Part shown: in pieces, positions 21,201 through 30,676 of the stretch
Position numbering within the stretch: the stretch's first letter is position 1
Layout: the number at the start of each line of letters is the position of its first letter
IMG/VR virus record: IMGVR_UViG_3300031851_000010
Source: an uncultured virus (IMG/VR IMGVR_UViG_3300031851_000010)
Taxonomy: Duplodnaviria > Heunggongvirae > Uroviricota > Caudoviricetes
Direction: 5' to 3' (one strand)
DNA: 64,000 bases
Notes under the pieces: model-generated
Database searches by the model: none
What the model was told of the DNA's origin: nothing
What the model saw: only the letters and a program-made list of their open reading frames with translations
Program-made: the position numbers and the translations under genes

Positions 21201-21379
21201 AATAAACTTTCCATTCCGTACATAATACCTACAAACATTAATCCATAATGTGTATAACCATTGTTGACTACTCCATTAAAATCTTGTATAATTGATGGTA
21301 TAGTTGAAACAATAATTGAGACTGAAAATAAAAGTTTTACCAGTTTATTGGAAAGTATTTTTGTTATTAGTTCTCTCAT
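21173..21379 (-). CDS. Small two-TM membrane protein
   Basis: 68 aa, two hydrophobic segments; preceded by TATTTATTAATATG. Confidence 0.6.
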   Translation of the reverse strand: MRELITKILSNKLVKLLFSVSIIVSTIPSIIQDFNGVVNNGYTHYGLMFVGIMYGMESLLWIMDIWKK

Positions 21380-21407
21380 ATTAATAAATAGATAAATAAT
21401 TAAAATT

Positions 21408-21620
21408 ATGCCAAAAAGTAAAACAAGAGGTGGAGCTACGGCTCACCGTAAAAGAGTTCAAGCGAGAAACGCTAAAATTAAGGGGATGCAAAGAAAAATG
21501 CAAGAACAGTATACTGCTGAGATGACTAAACAGTTAGAGGAGTATAGAAAAACATTATCAGCGGAAACTGAAAATAATGAGGTTGTTGAGAATGAACAAC
21601 CACTTAACATAAAGTTATAG
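21408..21620 (+). CDS. Small protein with basic N-terminus
   Basis: MPKSKTRGGATAHRKRVQARN. Confidence 0.6.
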   Translation: MPKSKTRGGATAHRKRVQARNAKIKGMQRKMQEQYTAEMTKQLEEYRKTLSAETENNEVVENEQPLNIKL

Positions 21621-21627
21621 AGTTAAA

Positions 21628-24003
21628 ATGGATTTGTTTAATCCGCCAAAAGAATTAAATTACAGTTATATGAGTCATAAACTAGATGTTGATACTTTAG
21701 AAAATCCTTATATTCAAGTTGTTTGGGAAGATACTCCAGATAATTTTACTCAGGAAAGACTAAAGAGAGTTAGGTCTTATTTTGAAAAAAAATATAAATC
21801 TAAGAATGTAAACGTAATAACGAAAGTTAAGACGGAAGATATGGATGTGCAATCCGTAGACGTTTCTATGAATATATTAGATGAAAATTTTCAAAAAGAG
21901 TTAATAAAAAAATATCTAATTGCTAATGGGTATGAAAAAAGTTTAGATGAAGTATTAAACATTGATTTATTAGTGGAGGATAAAATTGCTTCCGAAAAGG
22001 CGGATATAACACCATTTAAAAAGTGGTACATAAAAAATATTGAATTCTCTAACTTTCTATCATTTGGTGACAAACAAGTTTTAGATTTTGAAAAAGTAGA
22101 AGGTATTACTGCGGTAGAATCTAATCCACCTAACTTTGGTGGTAAAACGGTTTTGACTGTGGACCTTTTACTATTTTTATTCTTTAACACGACAACTAAG
22201 ACTAATAAAGCTGAAGAAATTTTTAATCGATTTAGAAATAAAGATAAAGTAGTAGTTAAAGGTGAAATTCAAATTGATGGTGAGGATTACATCATAGTTA
22301 GGGAAGTCAATCGTAAACTAAAAAGAAATAAAACAGATTACACTGTTAGTACTAGTTTAGAATTTTTCAAAAAATTGTCTGACGGTAGTTTACAAAATTT
22401 TACAGGTGAACAAAGAAGGGAAACCGAAGAGTTTATAAAGAAATCTATAGGAACTATGGATGATTTCTTAATGACTATACTAACTACTTCGACTAATTTA
22501 GAGGAATTAATTGATTCTAAACCCACCGCTAGAGGACAAGTTTTATCAAGATTTTTAGGGTTAGATTCTCTTAAGTTAAAAGAAGACGTAGCTAAAGAAA
22601 TTACTTCAAACTATAGTAAGGGAATGATTTCAAATATATATAATATTGAATCATTAAAGGAAGAGAATGAAATTGCGAAAATCGATATTGAACAAGAGAA
22701 TTTAAACATACTGAAATATGTTGATGAACTTAGTGATGTTAATAGTCGTATTGAGAAAGGTCAGGGTTATAGAGACGATTTGATTAGAAAAAAACACATA
22801 GGGTTAGATGATGAGTTACTTAGAATTAACCCTGAATCAATGAAAGATGAGATTAAAGAATATGGGTCAAAAATAGGTGTAGCACTTAAAGAACTTACTT
22901 CAATCAATGTAGTTGAACCTTCAAAATATTACCATGAAGATGAACACGACCAAATAAAAGAAAAGTTATCAACTGAAAAGGTTAATGAGGGTACAATGTC
23001 TTCGAAAAAAGAAGATATCATTGAAGAATTAAAAACGTTTGAAGATGGATTAGAGTGTCAATACTGTGGTATCGTTTTGGCTCAGTCAACTTACACAGAA
23101 AAGAGAAAAAAAGAATTAGAGGATATTAATATAGGTATAAGTCGTTCTACTCTTAAATTAAAGGAGTTGTCACTTCAAGAACAATCTTTCGTAAATCTTA
23201 AAAAAGATTTTGATACCTATGAAAGAAACAAACTTATAAAGGAAAAATTTGAAATTCAACTTGAAACTTTGGAACTTAAAAAAGGTAGTTTGGAAGATAA
23301 ACTTAAAAGATTCAAAGAGGTTCAAATAAAATTAGAGGAAAATAAAAAAATTGATGAGACCATTCTCAAAGCAGATATGAGGTTGGATGTTTTAACAGTT
23401 GAAAGAGACGGTGTTAATACTAAAATAAGTGATTCAAAAAATAATATTAAAAACCGTAATTCTAAGATTGATGAGAATAATAGTTTTATTATTAGAATAA
23501 AAGATGAAGAAAAGAAATTAAGGTTATATAAAATTTACTTAGAATTATTTGGTAAAAAAGGTATAACCAAAATGATTATGAGAAGTATGACACCGGTAAT
23601 TAATTCAGAATTACAAAGGTTATTGATTGATTCTGCAGAGTTTAAATTGGAGGTTAGGATATCTGAAAAAGATGAGGTTGAATTTTGGATGATAGATAAT
23701 AATACTGGTATTGAAAAATTAATGAGTTCAGGTTCAGGATATGAAAGGTCTATAGCTTCATTGGCGTTAAGGGCGGTTTTAAGTAAGGTATGTTCTTTAC
23801 CGAAACCAAACATAGTTGTGTTTGATGAGGTATTTGGTAAAATATCTAATGAGAATTTAGAAATGGTGTCTCAATTCTTCCAAAAGATTAAAGAGTATTT
23901 CGAGAAAATATTTGTGATAACTCATAATCCTTTAGTTAGTCAATGGGCCGATAGTGTGGTAAAAATAAATAAAGATAATAACGTTTCAAAAGTAGAACAA
24001 TGA
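21628..24003 (+). CDS. sbcC: SbcC/Rad50/gp46-like ABC ATPase
   Basis: NFLSFG, NFGGKT Walker A, coiled coil with CQYC hook, VVFDEVFG Walker B, ITHN. Confidence 0.88.
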   Translation: MDLFNPPKELNYSYMSHKLDVDTLENPYIQVVWEDTPDNFTQERLKRVRSYFEKKYKSKNVNVITKVKTEDMDVQSVDVSMNILDENFQKELIKKYLIANGYEKSLDEVLNIDLLVEDKIASEKADITPFKKWYIKNIEFSNFLSFGDKQVLDFEKVEGITAVESNPPNFGGKTVLTVDLLLFLFFNTTTKTNKAEEIFNRFRNKDKVVVKGEIQIDGEDYIIVREVNRKLKRNKTDYTVSTSLEFFKKLSDGSLQNFTGEQRRETEEFIKKSIGTMDDFLMTILTTSTNLEELIDSKPTARGQVLSRFLGLDSLKLKEDVAKEITSNYSKGMISNIYNIESLKEENEIAKIDIEQENLNILKYVDELSDVNSRIEKGQGYRDDLIRKKHIGLDDELLRINPESMKDEIKEYGSKIGVALKELTSINVVEPSKYYHEDEHDQIKEKLSTEKVNEGTMSSKKEDIIEELKTFEDGLECQYCGIVLAQSTYTEKRKKELEDINIGISRSTLKLKELSLQEQSFVNLKKDFDTYERNKLIKEKFEIQLETLELKKGSLEDKLKRFKEVQIKLEENKKIDETILKADMRLDVLTVERDGVNTKISDSKNNIKNRNSKIDENNSFIIRIKDEEKKLRLYKIYLELFGKKGITKMIMRSMTPVINSELQRLLIDSAEFKLEVRISEKDEVEFWMIDNNTGIEKLMSSGSGYERSIASLALRAVLSKVCSLPKPNIVVFDEVFGKISNENLEMVSQFFQKIKEYFEKIFVITHNPLVSQWADSVVKINKDNNVSKVEQ

Positions 24004-24905
24004 TAAAAATAGTAGTTACAGGTGGAATGGGGTTCATAGGGTCACATTTCGTAAACAAATTAAATAGTGAGATAAATGATTGTGAAATAACAGTTATAGA
24101 TAAACTCACATATGCATCTAACCCTAACAATATCAATACTCAGGTTAAATTTATTAAAGAAGATATATGTAATTTGACTGAATTACCTGACTGTGATTAC
24201 GTAGTTCATTTTGCGGCTGAATCACATGTAGATAACTCAATCAAAGATGGTAGACCATTTGTAAGGACTAACGTTGAGGGTACGTTTAATATGGTTGAAT
24301 TAGCACTAAAGGTTAAAGGTCTAAAGAAATTTATACATATTTCTACAGATGAAGTATATGGGGATATGAATGATTATGGTTTAGAGGTGTCCGCTGATGA
24401 AGAATTTTCGTTGGTTGGGTCATCATACTATTCTGCAACTAAAGCCTCCTCAGACTTAATAGTGCAGTCAGCTGGTAGGACATTTGGGTTACCTTACGTG
24501 ATTACTAGAACCTGTAATAATTTTGGGGAAAATCAACACTCCGAAAAGATGGTACCTAAGATAATTAAAATGATTAAAAACGATGAGTCTATTCCAGTCT
24601 ACGGTGATGGTGAACAAATTAGAGAATGGATACATGCCGATGATAATGCGAAATCAATAATTAATATAATGTTATCGGATGAAGTTAATCAAGTTTTTAA
24701 TATTGGTAGTGGTTATCGTATAACTAATAATGAATTAATTAAAATTGTATCTGAGATAGTTGGTAAAGATGTTAAGTTTGAATACGTAAAAGATAGATTA
24801 GGTCATGATAGAAAATATGCGTTAGACATATCTAAATATAATGATAAATTTGGGACTTTGAACTACATTGACCTTAAAGAGTGGTTGACAAAAATTATAG
24901 GGTAA
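24000..24905 (+). CDS. rfbB: dTDP-glucose 4,6-dehydratase
   Basis: TGGMGFIG, DKLTYA, AAESHVD, STDEVYG, YSATK, DRLGHDRKY. Confidence 0.9.
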   Translation: MIKIVVTGGMGFIGSHFVNKLNSEINDCEITVIDKLTYASNPNNINTQVKFIKEDICNLTELPDCDYVVHFAAESHVDNSIKDGRPFVRTNVEGTFNMVELALKVKGLKKFIHISTDEVYGDMNDYGLEVSADEEFSLVGSSYYSATKASSDLIVQSAGRTFGLPYVITRTCNNFGENQHSEKMVPKIIKMIKNDESIPVYGDGEQIREWIHADDNAKSIINIMLSDEVNQVFNIGSGYRITNNELIKIVSEIVGKDVKFEYVKDRLGHDRKYALDISKYNDKFGTLNYIDLKEWLTKIIG

Positions 24906-24906
24906 A

Positions 24907-25359
24907 ATGGAATGGGATAGATATTTTTTAAATATTGCGGAACAGGTAAAAGAAAAGAGTAAGGATAAGAGGACACATATTGGTGCAGTAATTGTCGGAA
25001 AAGATAATGAAATTGTATCAACAGGTTATAACTCTTTTCCTCGTGGTATTAATGATAATATTGAAGAAAGACAGGAACGACCTGAAAAGTATTATTGGAT
25101 TGAACACGCAGAGAGAAACGCTATATATAACGCGGCACGTATAGGTGTTAGTTTAAGAGAAAGTACAATGTACTTAACCTGTGGTATACCATGTAGTGAT
25201 TGTGCTAAAGGTATAATAAGTTCGGGGATTAAAAGAATACACTGTAAGATAAAAGACACCACTAGAAATAGAGAATATTGGGACGAACACGCAAAAAGAA
25301 GTTTACAAATGTTTAAAGAAAGCGGTGTTGAGGTAATTTTTTACAATGATAACGTTTAA
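24907..25359 (+). CDS. dCMP deaminase family
   Basis: STGYN, HAERNAI, PCSDC. Confidence 0.85.
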   Translation: MEWDRYFLNIAEQVKEKSKDKRTHIGAVIVGKDNEIVSTGYNSFPRGINDNIEERQERPEKYYWIEHAERNAIYNAARIGVSLRESTMYLTCGIPCSDCAKGIISSGIKRIHCKIKDTTRNREYWDEHAKRSLQMFKESGVEVIFYNDNV

Positions 25360-25374
25360 TTGAAATTTTTTTAT

Positions 25375-25382
25375 TATCTTTG
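25375..25382 (+). promoter_or_regulatory. Bacteroidota-type -7 promoter element TATCTTTG
   Basis: Matches TAnnTTTG, upstream of ATG 25401. Confidence 0.5.
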
Positions 25383-25400
25383 TAGTCTAAACTTATAGAT

Positions 25401-25640
25401 ATGGAAAATATAGATTTAAATAAAGAAATGGCTTGGGTTACTTTCCTTCATGATGGATGGGAGACTAAATGGCATCCAGTTACAGATGCTTCAGGGAAAC
25501 AATTAGAATGGGGACTTGATGGAGAAGGTATAATGAATCATTGCCGAGCTCAGTTTAACAATAGTGATAATTGGGTGAGCTTTGGTATTGCTCAAACTAG
25601 TCAAATGTTACATAAAAATTCAGTAAGAGATAACCTTTAA
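25401..25640 (+). CDS. Hypothetical protein
   Basis: 79 aa ORF downstream of promoter element. Confidence 0.6.
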   Translation: MENIDLNKEMAWVTFLHDGWETKWHPVTDASGKQLEWGLDGEGIMNHCRAQFNNSDNWVSFGIAQTSQMLHKNSVRDNL

Positions 25641-25651
25641 CACCAAAGACA

Positions 25652-25801
25652 ATGGGTAAATACTTAAAGCAAGGATTTGTAAGAGAGTTGGAATGGAAAC
25701 TTAATAGAGAAGAAATCTCTTACTCTAAAATGGTAGAGTTGATGGAAGAAGAATGCATCAAGAACTACAAAGCAGAAACCTTTAAAACCAAAGAGAGATG
25801 A
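25652..25801 (+). CDS. Small hypothetical protein (49 aa, not in ORF track)
   Basis: MGKYLKQGFVRELEWKLNREEISYSKMVELMEEECIK...; ATGA overlap with next small ORF. Confidence 0.45.
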   Translation: MGKYLKQGFVRELEWKLNREEISYSKMVELMEEECIKNYKAETFKTKER

Positions 25802-25911
25802 AAAATATAAAAACAATAATTAAGAAAATTGAAAGTGTTGATGTGGTATTAATTTTAGCCGCCCTATTATATGTAACTTTCTTATGTTTTCAAATACCTA
25901 AAATGTTTTAA
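25798..25911 (+). CDS. Tiny putative membrane peptide (37 aa)
   Basis: MKNIKTIIKKIESVDVVLILAALLYVTFLCFQIPKMF; fills gap. Confidence 0.35.
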   Translation: MKNIKTIIKKIESVDVVLILAALLYVTFLCFQIPKMF

Positions 25912-25914
25912 AGT

Positions 25915-26373
25915 ATGAAAAGTATTATATTTGATTTAGACGGGACATTAGCACTTATAGATGATAGACGAACACTATCAACTAAGGATAATGGTAAAAT
26001 TGATTGGGATATATTTTTTGACCCTAATAATATAAATTTAGATAAACCGAATCAACCAGTTATAAAAGTTGCTCAAATGTTTAAAGATAGTGGGTTCAGA
26101 ATTGTTATCCTTAGTGGTAGATTAAAAACTACTAAAGATGTGACTAAAAAATGGTTAGAAAATTTTAATGTACCATTTGATGTTTTAAAGATGAGACCAG
26201 ATAATAAACAATTTAAGTTTATGTCTGATGATGATTTGAAACAAGGTTGGTTAGATACTTTATTCACAAATAAAGAAGATGTATTTGCGGTCTTTGACGA
26301 TAGGAATAAAGTGGTTGACATGTGGAGAAGTAATGGGTTAAACGTATTTCAAGTTGCGGAGGGAGATTTTTAA
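25915..26373 (+). CDS. HAD phosphatase, polynucleotide kinase 3'-phosphatase (PseT-like) domain
   Basis: FDLDGTLA, SGR, MRP, FDDR..VVDMWR..GL. Confidence 0.8.
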   Translation: MKSIIFDLDGTLALIDDRRTLSTKDNGKIDWDIFFDPNNINLDKPNQPVIKVAQMFKDSGFRIVILSGRLKTTKDVTKKWLENFNVPFDVLKMRPDNKQFKFMSDDDLKQGWLDTLFTNKEDVFAVFDDRNKVVDMWRSNGLNVFQVAEGDF

Positions 26374-26398
26374 AAAATATTAATTTAAAATAAATAAA

Positions 26399-26935
26399 AT
26401 GGTAAAAGAGTTAACATACAAGAAAAGAGGGACAGACGAGTACTATCCACCACTAAAATATTATAAAATGAGAGATGGTACACATATTGCCACCTATCAA
26501 GGATTTAGAGGGGATAACCCTGATTTAGACTTTATTGTAAAATATAGGGAACCTGGAAAACGATTAAGAACCCCAAGTCATACTCATTGGATTGTTGATT
26601 TACTTGTTAAGTGTGAATACAATAAAGGTTTGGTTAGAGGTTTCGTATATAATATGTTAGACAAGTATGACCAAATGGAACCATTTAAGACTACTGATGA
26701 AAGAGATAATTACGAATTAAAAGTTAAAGATGAGTTGGATGAAGTATACAATGAACTAAACGGTCACGGATACTATCAAATGGATACCTTAACAACATTT
26801 ATTGAACTATTTATTAGATGTGAAAAACAAAGTGAAGGTGCGTTTATGTTTAAAGCCTTATTGCAGTTAATCTTAGATTACTGTGATGGAATAAAAGATT
26901 TTTACCAAATAGTTGGTTATTCAAAAAGAGTGTAG
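26399..26935 (+). CDS. Hypothetical protein
   Basis: 178 aa ORF, no family recognised. Confidence 0.65.
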   Translation: MVKELTYKKRGTDEYYPPLKYYKMRDGTHIATYQGFRGDNPDLDFIVKYREPGKRLRTPSHTHWIVDLLVKCEYNKGLVRGFVYNMLDKYDQMEPFKTTDERDNYELKVKDELDEVYNELNGHGYYQMDTLTTFIELFIRCEKQSEGAFMFKALLQLILDYCDGIKDFYQIVGYSKRV

Positions 26936-26936
26936 T

Positions 26937-27794
26937 ATGAACATATTAGTTACAGGGGGTGCAGGTTTTGTAGGTTCTAACCTAATAAAAAGTATAGTTA
27001 ATAAATATCCTAGTTATAAAGTAATCTCTGTTGACAACTATTTTACAGGTAAAAAAGAAAATCATATTGATTCGCCAAATGTGACTTACGTAGACATATC
27101 AGTTAATGATTACATCGATAGTGGTGGGGGTATTATTCCCGATGTCGTATATCACTTTGGTGAATATTCAAGAATAGTTAAATCTTTTGATGATGTTGAT
27201 TACCTTATTGAGACTAATTTATATTCAACATCTAAGTTAATTGAAAAGTGTAAACAATGGGGTAGTAAGTTAATTTATTCGGCATCATCATCAAAGTTTG
27301 GAAATGATGGTGAAGATGAAAACTTATCCCCTTATTCTTGGGTTAAAGCTAAGATGGTTGAATTAATCAAAAATTATGGTAAGTGGTACGATTTAAATTA
27401 TGAAATTGTTTATTTTTATAATGTTTATGGTCCTTGTCAAATAACTGATGGTGATTACGCGACTGTTATAGGTATATTTGAAAGACAATATAATAATGGG
27501 GAAAATTTAACGGTTGTTGAACCAGGTAACCAACAGAGAGATTTTACACATGTTGGTGATATTGTGGACGGGTTAATACTGATAAGTGAACAGAGTAAAA
27601 ACCATGAGTGGCATCTTAGAAGTGGTGTTAATCATACTATAATACAGATAGCCGAGATGTTTGGTGATTGGGAGTTTATACCTGAAAGACGAGGAGAAAG
27701 ATTTACTAGTGAGGAGTTTAAAACTGATACTGAGGAGATTTTAAATTGGAAACCAAAACATTTAATAGAGAATTATATTAATTCAGTAAAATAA
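26937..27794 (+). CDS. NAD-dependent NDP-sugar epimerase/dehydratase
   Basis: TGGAGFVGS, YSWVK (YxxxK), NVYGP, RDFTHV; ATG 26937. Confidence 0.85.
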   Translation: MNILVTGGAGFVGSNLIKSIVNKYPSYKVISVDNYFTGKKENHIDSPNVTYVDISVNDYIDSGGGIIPDVVYHFGEYSRIVKSFDDVDYLIETNLYSTSKLIEKCKQWGSKLIYSASSSKFGNDGEDENLSPYSWVKAKMVELIKNYGKWYDLNYEIVYFYNVYGPCQITDGDYATVIGIFERQYNNGENLTVVEPGNQQRDFTHVGDIVDGLILISEQSKNHEWHLRSGVNHTIIQIAEMFGDWEFIPERRGERFTSEEFKTDTEEILNWKPKHLIENYINSVK

Positions 27795-27805
27795 CTTTCT
27801 TACGT

Positions 27806-27836
27806 TTTGTAGATTAGAATTAATGTCGTATATTTG
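27806..27836 (+). promoter_or_regulatory. Bacteroidota housekeeping-sigma promoter TTTG-N19-TATATTTG
   Basis: TTTG 27806-27809, TATATTTG 27829-27836, upstream of ATG 27855. Confidence 0.7.
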
Positions 27837-27854
27837 TAAAACAAACAAGGAAAT

Positions 27855-28406
27855 ATGGCAAAAAAATACGACATAATTGAAACAACTACAGTTGAGACTC
27901 GTTGGGGTGGGGAAGTGACTAGAAAAAAAATCAAAGACACGTATTTCAGGGACTCAAACGTTATCGCTCAATCACAAAGTAAAGTTGCGAAGTCTGAACG
28001 TAACGATTGTGTGGTTAGAGCATTTATGATGTCATTAGACTTACCTTACGATAAGGCTCACAAATTTGTCTCTGATAAATTTAATCGAACAAATTGTAAA
28101 GGGACTTACACTTCAGTTTATCTTAAAAATATTTTAGGTAAACAAAAAAATGGTAAGAAAATGAGACTTATGGGTTACCATCCAACAAAGTCTTTCGGAG
28201 GTAGAAAAAAACTTACCAACCCTAAATATAAAAAAGAAACGGGGTATACAGTTAAGTCTTTTATGGAACAACACCCAAAAGGCAATTACTTTATGATTGT
28301 TAAGGGACACGCATTAGCTTTGGTAGATGGTATTCTTTACGGTAATTCAGATGAACAGTACAATGGTTTTCGTAGACAAGTACATTACGTAATTAAGTGT
28401 CAGTGA
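27855..28406 (+). CDS. Hypothetical phage protein (NDCVVRA...GHALALVDG family)
   Basis: Cys/His motif pattern; function unknown. Confidence 0.65.
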   Translation: MAKKYDIIETTTVETRWGGEVTRKKIKDTYFRDSNVIAQSQSKVAKSERNDCVVRAFMMSLDLPYDKAHKFVSDKFNRTNCKGTYTSVYLKNILGKQKNGKKMRLMGYHPTKSFGGRKKLTNPKYKKETGYTVKSFMEQHPKGNYFMIVKGHALALVDGILYGNSDEQYNGFRRQVHYVIKCQ

Positions 28407-28410
28407 TTAT

Positions 28411-28572
28411 ATGAGTGTTGACATGTTTGTAATTGGTGAGACGGTTAGTTGGTTAGATTCGACATACATTATTCAGGAAGTTAGAGAAGATGGTTTAATT
28501 TTAAAACAAAATTTTAGTATAGGTACGGTATTGACAAAACCAGTAAAATTTAGCGAAGTTGTGAAGATATAG
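28411..28572 (+). CDS. Small hypothetical protein (53 aa, not in ORF track)
   Basis: MSVDMFVIGETVSWLDSTYIIQEVREDGLILKQ... Confidence 0.45.
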   Translation: MSVDMFVIGETVSWLDSTYIIQEVREDGLILKQNFSIGTVLTKPVKFSEVVKI

Positions 28573-28605
28573 TGTTAAATATTTTTTTTATAGATAAATC
28601 TGCCG

Positions 28606-28613
28606 TATATTTG
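28606..28613 (+). promoter_or_regulatory. Bacteroidota-type -7 element TATATTTG
   Basis: CGTATATTTGTA identical to the 27827 site; upstream of ATG 28654. Confidence 0.6.
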
Positions 28614-28653
28614 TAGAACAATAAGGGTTTAACAATATAAAAAAAGGAAAGAT

Positions 28654-29118
28654 ATGTATATTAAAGAGTATAACAACGTAATGGGTAAAGGGTTTTCAGT
28701 AGAGCAATCAGTTAATGGTAAAATGTGTAAATTCATGGTAAATGATAACGGCTTTGATTCTGAAACTGAGTATGAGTACAGAGCAATCACTAAGTGTGTT
28801 GCAGGGTTTCTAACGATTTCAGAGGGTAAAGGTAAACTTTCACAGATTGCCACTCGATGGGAAAAGAATCGACTACATACCCTTGAAGTAAAAAACCAAT
28901 ACGGTAACTATCAAACGGTCTTAGCTATGAAAGCTAGTAAATTCTACATAATTGATAAAGTTATTATCGAGAATTTAACGGTTGGAGATATCCACTCTGG
29001 TTTTCCTAAGATGGCTGACTATAATCACTGGAAATCCATCGGTTCTAAAACATGGGCCGACCCCGCTTACGGAGTGTTAGTAGATAGTTTTAAAAACATA
29101 ACTCTTCAAATGGTTTAA
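28654..29118 (+). CDS. Hypothetical protein
   Basis: 154 aa ORF between promoter and terminator. Confidence 0.65.
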   Translation: MYIKEYNNVMGKGFSVEQSVNGKMCKFMVNDNGFDSETEYEYRAITKCVAGFLTISEGKGKLSQIATRWEKNRLHTLEVKNQYGNYQTVLAMKASKFYIIDKVIIENLTVGDIHSGFPKMADYNHWKSIGSKTWADPAYGVLVDSFKNITLQMV

Positions 29119-29123
29119 ACCAT

Positions 29124-29151
29124 AAAAAAACCCACCGATTGGTGGGTTTTT
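29124..29151. terminator. Bidirectional intrinsic terminator
   Basis: aaaaaaacccacc-gatt-ggtgggttttt between convergent genes. Confidence 0.85.
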
Positions 29152-29170
29152 AGTTTTATTATGTTAAGAG

Positions 29171-30034
29171 TTAGAAGTCCATATTATCATACGGGTCTAA
29201 TAAACTTCTTTGTTTAAATCCTACACCTCCAACATAAGTTTCTCTATTTTTAATTTGACTTCTGTAAAATTCTAACATTTTTTTAGCCACTGCTCTATCA
29301 TATTCTTTATCATCTGTCTCAGGTACCATATCGTCAATATAAATTGACCCTCTAAACCTTCTTAAAGGTCCTTTGTGGTCGTAAATGTCATTAATGTCAG
29401 ATTCATCCATCTCAAAGTCAAAATCATCTACAGGGTATTTAATAAACTCTTCTTCTTCGTCTTCGTCTTCATCAAATTGTTCTGAAACTACATTATTATG
29501 AAAATCTACACCCTCTAACGAGTTAAAAAAATCGACAAAGTCATCACGTTCATCATCCATCTTACTTATGTATTCTTCAGTTTCTCTGTAAGGTTGAAGT
29601 AAATCTGGATTTTCACAATGAAAATCTACATGAGCTGCGTAGTCTTCCATTGTTACCACACCATCTTTATCTAAATCAAAATGTCTATAAAGTTCATTAG
29701 GACTTATGACACCATCTTTATTTTCATCTGCGGAATCTTCATTAATTGGTTCTGTTTCATCATCAATAACCATATCGGTCATATATTCTAACATCTTAGG
29801 TCCATAGATATCTAGTAAACGGTTTATAACAATCTTAGGATTTTTTCTCATGTATCTAACAATATCAGCAGGTATCTCACCACTGTATTTACCAAACACA
29901 TTTTCTAATTCAGTTTCTCTTGGTGTTTTACTTATTTGAGGTTCGATAGTAAAATCTTGTTCAATAAGTTTTTTTTCTACGGCTTTTTGTATTATATTTG
30001 TAAGCTCAGATTCAGGAATGACAAGTTTTTTCAT
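29171..30034 (-). CDS. Acidic protein with paired EF-hand loops
   Basis: DENKDGVISPNE and DLDKDGVVTMED; ATG 30034 follows a TATTTATA motif. Confidence 0.7.
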   Translation of the reverse strand: MKKLVIPESELTNIIQKAVEKKLIEQDFTIEPQISKTPRETELENVFGKYSGEIPADIVRYMRKNPKIVINRLLDIYGPKMLEYMTDMVIDDETEPINEDSADENKDGVISPNELYRHFDLDKDGVVTMEDYAAHVDFHCENPDLLQPYRETEEYISKMDDERDDFVDFFNSLEGVDFHNNVVSEQFDEDEDEEEEFIKYPVDDFDFEMDESDINDIYDHKGPLRRFRGSIYIDDMVPETDDKEYDRAVAKKMLEFYRSQIKNRETYVGGVGFKQRSLLDPYDNMDF

Positions 30035-30051
30035 AATAATTTGTTTTTTCT

Positions 30052-30059
30052 TATAAATA
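30052..30059 (-). promoter_or_regulatory. Putative late promoter motif TATTTATA
   Basis: Leader ATATTTATAAGAAAAAACAAAT nearly identical to that at 41951. Confidence 0.5.
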
Positions 30060-30085
30060 TAATTAGAATTAAAAAAAAGTGTAAT

Positions 30086-30676
30086 ATGCAAGAAAAGTCT
30101 AAACCTTATATGTTGTTTATTTTTTCGGAGTTCGAAAAGGGTTCAACAATCCTAAAAGATATACCGTTACAATTATCACCAGTAAGTTCCTCAAAGTATC
30201 TCAAATACAACCATACCGATACGCATGTGGTCTGTAATTTTGAATCAAATCTAAAATTTGAGGATTTAAGAGAATTTATTGACAGTACTATAGGATTAAT
30301 TGTCGACCAGTGGTATTTATTTGAACATCCTAATAAGATGGCGGTACATATTGATGATACGTTAAAATTGAATTTATTTGATTTAGAAACGGAAAATATG
30401 CAGTATGAAAAAATGCCTAATAAACAGGATGATGATGAAATGTTAAAGATTATGGATTACTTCTTACAGAATAGTATGAAGAATTTTGATAAAGATGAAA
30501 TTGATAATATGTTTTACAATGAAGAAGATTCTTTAATAAATGAGCTTAAATTGAAAAAAAATGTTACCTTTGTAAAACCAACATTAGATGAACTACTTGA
30601 AAAGGTTAAAGAAAGTGGTGTGGATAAATTAACTAAATACGAAAAACAAATATTAGACGAATATGCGAGAAATTAG
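30086..30676 (+). CDS. Hypothetical protein with C-terminal DUF6576-like helical motif
   Basis: LDELLEKVKESGVDKLTKYEKQIL; ATG 30086. Confidence 0.6.
   Translation: MQEKSKPYMLFIFSEFEKGSTILKDIPLQLSPVSSSKYLKYNHTDTHVVCNFESNLKFEDLREFIDSTIGLIVDQWYLFEHPNKMAVHIDDTLKLNLFDLETENMQYEKMPNKQDDDEMLKIMDYFLQNSMKNFDKDEIDNMFYNEEDSLINELKLKKNVTFVKPTLDELLEKVKESGVDKLTKYEKQILDEYARN

Noticed and set aside
29936..30091. Overlapping 5' extensions of the divergent ORFs
   Set aside because: ATGs at 30034 (minus) and 30086 (plus) remove the overlap and leave a promoter-bearing gap
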